DNA of 64,000 nt from an uncultured Acetobacteraceae bacterium (lineage in GTDB: Bacteria > Pseudomonadota > Alphaproteobacteria > Acetobacterales > Acetobacteraceae): assembly GCA_964242575.1 (NCBI GenBank), contig CAXTCN010000012.1:3204-67203 (forward strand), given 5' to 3'. This document shows, piece after piece, positions 60,560 through 64,000 of this stretch. The position numbers were made by a program, and so were the translations under genes. The stretch's first letter is position 1. Each line of letters begins with the position of its first letter. Under the pieces are notes generated by a model that saw only the letters and a list, made by a program, of their open reading frames with translations, was not told the origin of the DNA and did not search any database.

Positions 60560-63102
60560 GCCGCTTTGGTCCCGCCATGGACCGGGTACCGCGACACCCA
60601 CGACGCCAGCCTGCCCATCGGCCTTGCGTCGTGGCGCGCCAGCATGGCCGGGTTCGCGAACACGACGAAGCTGTCCTTGGCACGGGACACTGCCACGTTC
60701 AGCAGGTTCGGCTTCTGGTCAAGGAAGCCGGTCGCGGCGGGGTTCGTGGCACAGACCGAAAACACCACCACCGGAGCCTCGGCGCCCTGGAGCCTGTGCA
60801 CGGTTCCCACGATCAAACCATCCAAAGCGGCGTAATCGCCCGCGAGGGCCTCGCGGATGCGGTTGTCAAGCAGCTTCGCATGCGCACGGTACGGCGTGAC
60901 GAACGCCACCGCCCGGCCAAGCGGCCCATACTTGTCTTCGATGGCCGCGCGGTTTTGCCGCAGCCATTGGACAATGGCCTCGGCCTCGATGGGGTTCTGC
61001 TGCGATCCACCGGAGGGCCGCTCCGCCACGCTGGGCACCGCGATGTGGCCGACGGGCTGGATCGGACCGGTCTCAGTGAGTTTCCGGTGCGTGGTCATGC
61101 GCCCCTCGTAAACCACCTCGTTGCACCAGCTGATGATTTGCGGCAGGCAGCGGTAATGCCTCGACAGCATGACCGGTTTATGAGCGCTGACGCGCTCGGC
61201 CATCAGCATGGCGCTGCCCTTGGAAATCGATCCAGCGCCCTCGGCAAGCGCCAGGTCCGGCCCCCGAAGGCGGCACGCGGTCCGGAGGAAGCGGTCGCCT
61301 GCTGGGGTTTCGGACCACACGGGGTCGAGTTGCTTCGTGTCGCCGACGATGAGCGCACGCCGGGCTAGCGCAAGCGAGGCCGAAACGATCTCCGCCGGCG
61401 CCTGGCCCGCCTCGTCGACGATCAACAAGTCAGCCGCGCCCCAAGCTTGGTTGCGATAGGCAGATGCAAAGCGCGGAAGCGAATGGGCCGTGGCCACCAC
61501 GCAGGGCGCCAGCATCAGCATGGGGCCGATTTCCTCGCGAAGACGGTCGATAGCCTTGGCCGGCGGCTGGTACATGGCATTCGAGCGTATGGCCTGTTCG
61601 CGCCCTTGCAGGTGCAGCAGGAATCTCGCCTCCCAATACCGCGCAGCCAAGTGGAACGCCTCAACCCTCGGCCCCACGTCGATCGCGTCCTCAAGCGCGT
61701 GGAAGGCGGCAAAACCGTCGGGTAAGTCTCCCGTTTCCAGTTTCCGCGCCAGTTCGATAAAGGTGGATCGCTGTGCGCCGCCGCCGAGCAGCCGCCCGGC
61801 CAAATCCACGAAACCCCGGGACGCCGCCGCAAGCATCGAACTCGCGGCAAGCCATCGCGACCACCGCGCCGCGACCGTTTCCATGGCGGCAACACGGGTT
61901 TGGGCGTCCGCAAGCCGCTCGTAATGCCCGGCGATCTCAGTTTTGGTGGCGTCCAGCAGCGTCAATGCCGCCGCGGCGTCGTCCTCCATGCCAAGGGGGA
62001 TTTGCGGCATCAGCAGACGCGCTTGCCGGACGGCGGCGACCGCCTGGGTGCGCTCGCCCCGCCCCGTAAACAGGCGCCGCAGCTTGGACCAAAACGTTCG
62101 CGGCGGGCTCAGGGCCGTGACCGCGCGCTCCAGCCCATCTCGCCTCTCCTGCCACCCGGCAATGGCTTGCGCTTGCGCCCGTTCATCGTTCCGGGCTTGT
62201 GGAAGCTCGGCCGCCATGGCCTCGTCGCCTGCCAAAAGCTGCTGTCGCGCGAGGCGGCTCGCGTCGAGCAGGGGCAGGAGCTTGCGGAACCCGGCACGCA
62301 CCGCGCGCTGCTTGCCAACCACGTCCGAGACGGCGCTGCGCAGGAGCCGCGTTGCGCTTAACAGGTCAATGGCAGCGTCGCCGGTGAACGCCCGGCACTT
62401 TTCCAGCCAAGCCGCGGCCACAGGCCCAACGTCGCCCGTCTGCATCCCGCTCGCGCTGCCATGGGGCGTGGGCAGGGCAGGGCGGTCCATGGATGGGCTG
62501 GCCTCCCGGATCAGCAGCTGGAACCGCCCCCAATCCTGCCGGTCCCGTTCGGCTTGCGGGCGGTCTCGTGGCGGGAGCTTGGCAAGGTCGGTCGTAAACG
62601 CGCGCGCAATGCGCCCGCTCGGGGCGAACCAGCCATATGAGGCGATGTCCGGCAACCAGCGGGCGAACACATCCGCATCGTCATGCAACGCGGCAACCCC
62701 ATCAAACCCGCCGATGACGTTGGTCACCGCCTTATTCGTGGCGGCGGTCGCAAGGATGAGCGCGGGGGCAGGGCTTGGCGCGCTGCTGAGCAGCGGGTCC
62801 GTCATCGCCGATGCGGCCACGGCCCGCATCATCGAGGTTTTGCCAGTGCCGGGCGGTCCCTGGACGGCCATGATATCCGACCGCGACGCAGTAAGCACGG
62901 CGACGCGCTGCGACGACTCAAGGGGAAACGCCACGCGTCCCATCCCAGCCGCCTTTGGGTTGCTGTCCATGTGCGCGACATGGCCGTCCGCCGCGTCCAG
63001 CAGCGCCCGGAGGTCTAGTTCCGGCTGCCGGGTCGCATCCGGGCCGGTCCAGCAGCCCCGGTTTGGCTGGCATGCGCAGGACAGCGTCGTAAAGGCCCGC
63101 AA
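60556..63102 (-). CDS. Superfamily 1 helicase, Upf1/DNA2-like (AAA_11/AAA_12)
   Basis: Walker A VQGPPGTGKT, large insertion, then LIVDEAGQAP, VGDTKQLDPV, LSRHYRCLPQI, GTVHRLQGAEAPVVVFS and NVAVSRAKDSFVVF. Confidence 0.85.
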   Translation of the reverse strand: MRAFTTLSCACQPNRGCWTGPDATRQPELDLRALLDAADGHVAHMDSNPKAAGMGRVAFPLESSQRVAVLTASRSDIMAVQGPPGTGKTSMMRAVAASAMTDPLLSSAPSPAPALILATAATNKAVTNVIGGFDGVAALHDDADVFARWLPDIASYGWFAPSGRIARAFTTDLAKLPPRDRPQAERDRQDWGRFQLLIREASPSMDRPALPTPHGSASGMQTGDVGPVAAAWLEKCRAFTGDAAIDLLSATRLLRSAVSDVVGKQRAVRAGFRKLLPLLDASRLARQQLLAGDEAMAAELPQARNDERAQAQAIAGWQERRDGLERAVTALSPPRTFWSKLRRLFTGRGERTQAVAAVRQARLLMPQIPLGMEDDAAAALTLLDATKTEIAGHYERLADAQTRVAAMETVAARWSRWLAASSMLAAASRGFVDLAGRLLGGGAQRSTFIELARKLETGDLPDGFAAFHALEDAIDVGPRVEAFHLAARYWEARFLLHLQGREQAIRSNAMYQPPAKAIDRLREEIGPMLMLAPCVVATAHSLPRFASAYRNQAWGAADLLIVDEAGQAPAEIVSASLALARRALIVGDTKQLDPVWSETPAGDRFLRTACRLRGPDLALAEGAGSISKGSAMLMAERVSAHKPVMLSRHYRCLPQIISWCNEVVYEGRMTTHRKLTETGPIQPVGHIAVPSVAERPSGGSQQNPIEAEAIVQWLRQNRAAIEDKYGPLGRAVAFVTPYRAHAKLLDNRIREALAGDYAALDGLIVGTVHRLQGAEAPVVVFSVCATNPAATGFLDQKPNLLNVAVSRAKDSFVVFANPAMLARHDARPMGRLASWVSRYPVHGGTKAA

Positions 63103-63952
63103 TGGCTTGCACCGGGCCCGCCGCTGTCTCCACCGGCACGAGCCGCGTCATCAAGGGCGTCCGCCCCGCCATGGCGCCCGGCGCACGCCCCAAGTCCTGC
63201 TGCAAGGGATCCACGCCCGTCACCTCCCGTAGCAGGCCGAGGCCACGCCCGATCCACTCCGCAAGGCTTTCTGCATCCGGCAGATCCACCGCCTTGGCAG
63301 TCCAGGCCTCCGCCGCCTCCAAGGCGCCGATGTCCGTCTCTTTCGGTTCAGCGCCGGGTTGCTCCAGGTAGCTGGCGTTGAGGCGTGGGAGGGCGTCGCC
63401 CGGCACCGCGATGCGGAACTTGTCCTGATTCAGCGGCTCTGGCTCGACCAGCAACGGCACCGCGAGCAGCACGCTGGGGCGGCCCGCAAAACGGCCCACC
63501 AGCAGCAAATGCTGGCCCTCCCCAAAGCTGTCGTCCTCTGGAAGTTCGGTCTCGTCCCAGATGGCGCGGTCCGGGCCAACCGGGTCAGCATCCTTCGCCA
63601 AGGCGTCGAGGTTCTCATTGCCGATCGCGTTTCGCCAATACCCGATTACGGTGCCAGCCCCGGCGGCGCGGCGGACCTCGCTGGACGGGCGGTACATCCA
63701 CCGCTCGAAGCCATTGGTCGCAACTCCAGCGGGGATAAACCAGTGCTTCACGCTGCGATCCCAGCCGGCGCCCCGGTCCTTTGCGGCGTCCTTTTCAGAA
63801 AACGGAACGTTAAGCCAAACGCCACCGTCTCCCCGCGACGGAGGAGGGGTCCTGCGCGTTGCGGCGTGCCGCTTGCCGGTACGGCCGTTCGAAACTCCTT
63901 GGCCCATCCACACTACCTCTCTGGCACGCCAAGCGTATTGAGGAGAAGTCAT
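62918..63952 (-). CDS. DUF5710-like N-terminal domain protein, probably the 5' part of the helicase gene
   Basis: VWLNVPFSEKDAAKDRGAGWDRSVKHWFIP is the DUF5710-type motif seen at N-termini of primases and helicases. The last ~45 codons look out of frame, and the ORF overlaps the helicase ORF by 185 nt. Confidence 0.55.
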   Translation of the reverse strand: MTSPQYAWRAREVVWMGQGVSNGRTGKRHAATRRTPPPSRGDGGVWLNVPFSEKDAAKDRGAGWDRSVKHWFIPAGVATNGFERWMYRPSSEVRRAAGAGTVIGYWRNAIGNENLDALAKDADPVGPDRAIWDETELPEDDSFGEGQHLLLVGRFAGRPSVLLAVPLLVEPEPLNQDKFRIAVPGDALPRLNASYLEQPGAEPKETDIGALEAAEAWTAKAVDLPDAESLAEWIGRGLGLLREVTGVDPLQQDLGRAPGAMAGRTPLMTRLVPVETAAGPVQAIAGLYDAVLRMPAKPGLLDRPGCDPAAGTRPPGAAGRGGRPCRAHGQQPKGGWDGTRGVSP

Positions 63953-64000
63953 TGCGGCAACGTGGGAAGCGCGGCGGTCTCACCGCCAGCATGACAGCCC

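Overview
Very GC-rich bacterial DNA with G/C at most third codon positions. Gene content (Flp pilin, DUF2066, EcsC, GTA-type holin) suggests an alphaproteobacterium, but this is inference only. Several visibly AT-richer islets interrupt it. No tRNA, rRNA, CRISPR array or integrase was recognised, and no database search was run: all family names come from motif recognition by eye.

- **1-9.3 kb:** ordinary chromosomal genes: Flp pilin fragment, lytic transglycosylase, VapC/Phd TA pair, OmpR-type response regulator, ribA, L,D-transpeptidase, esterase, RTX-like secreted protein.
- **10.2-12.9 kb:** an orphan replication-type module (RepA/AAA_25-like ATPase) followed by a phased iteron array.
- **12.8-27.8 kb:** glycosyltransferases, an AT-rich two-gene islet, a lipoprotein esterase homolog lacking its catalytic Ser, and MarR-DUF2066-MFS. 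It also holds a 1376-codon compositionally mosaic ORF with 15 tandem 11-residue Cys/Trp/Arg repeats and a TPR-like tail.
- **27.9-29 kb:** an AT-rich DUF3800-like gene broken by one in-frame TGA.
- **29.2-60.6 kb:** a myovirus-type prophage. It has terminase, portal, scaffold, capsid, sheath, tube, and a G/GT chaperone with a GGGAAAC -1 frameshift site. These are followed by tape measure, P2-like U-X-D-V-W-J-I genes, three fibre/tailspike genes and a lysis cassette.
- **Prophage cargo:** the head operon is interrupted twice. Between terminase and portal sit a GumN lipoprotein, a coupled HEPN-like/unknown pair, an MtlR-type HEPN protein and a MazF-type pair. Between scaffold and capsid sit an intact PAS-GGDEF-EAL enzyme, a GFA-family gene bracketed by ~165-bp direct repeats, and two small antisense genes.
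- **60.6-64 kb:** a convergent DUF5710-like plus Upf1-like SF1 helicase reading frame, split by a +1 frame change.

Best candidates for something undescribed are the terminase-portal cargo islet, the mosaic repeat protein and the split helicase locus.
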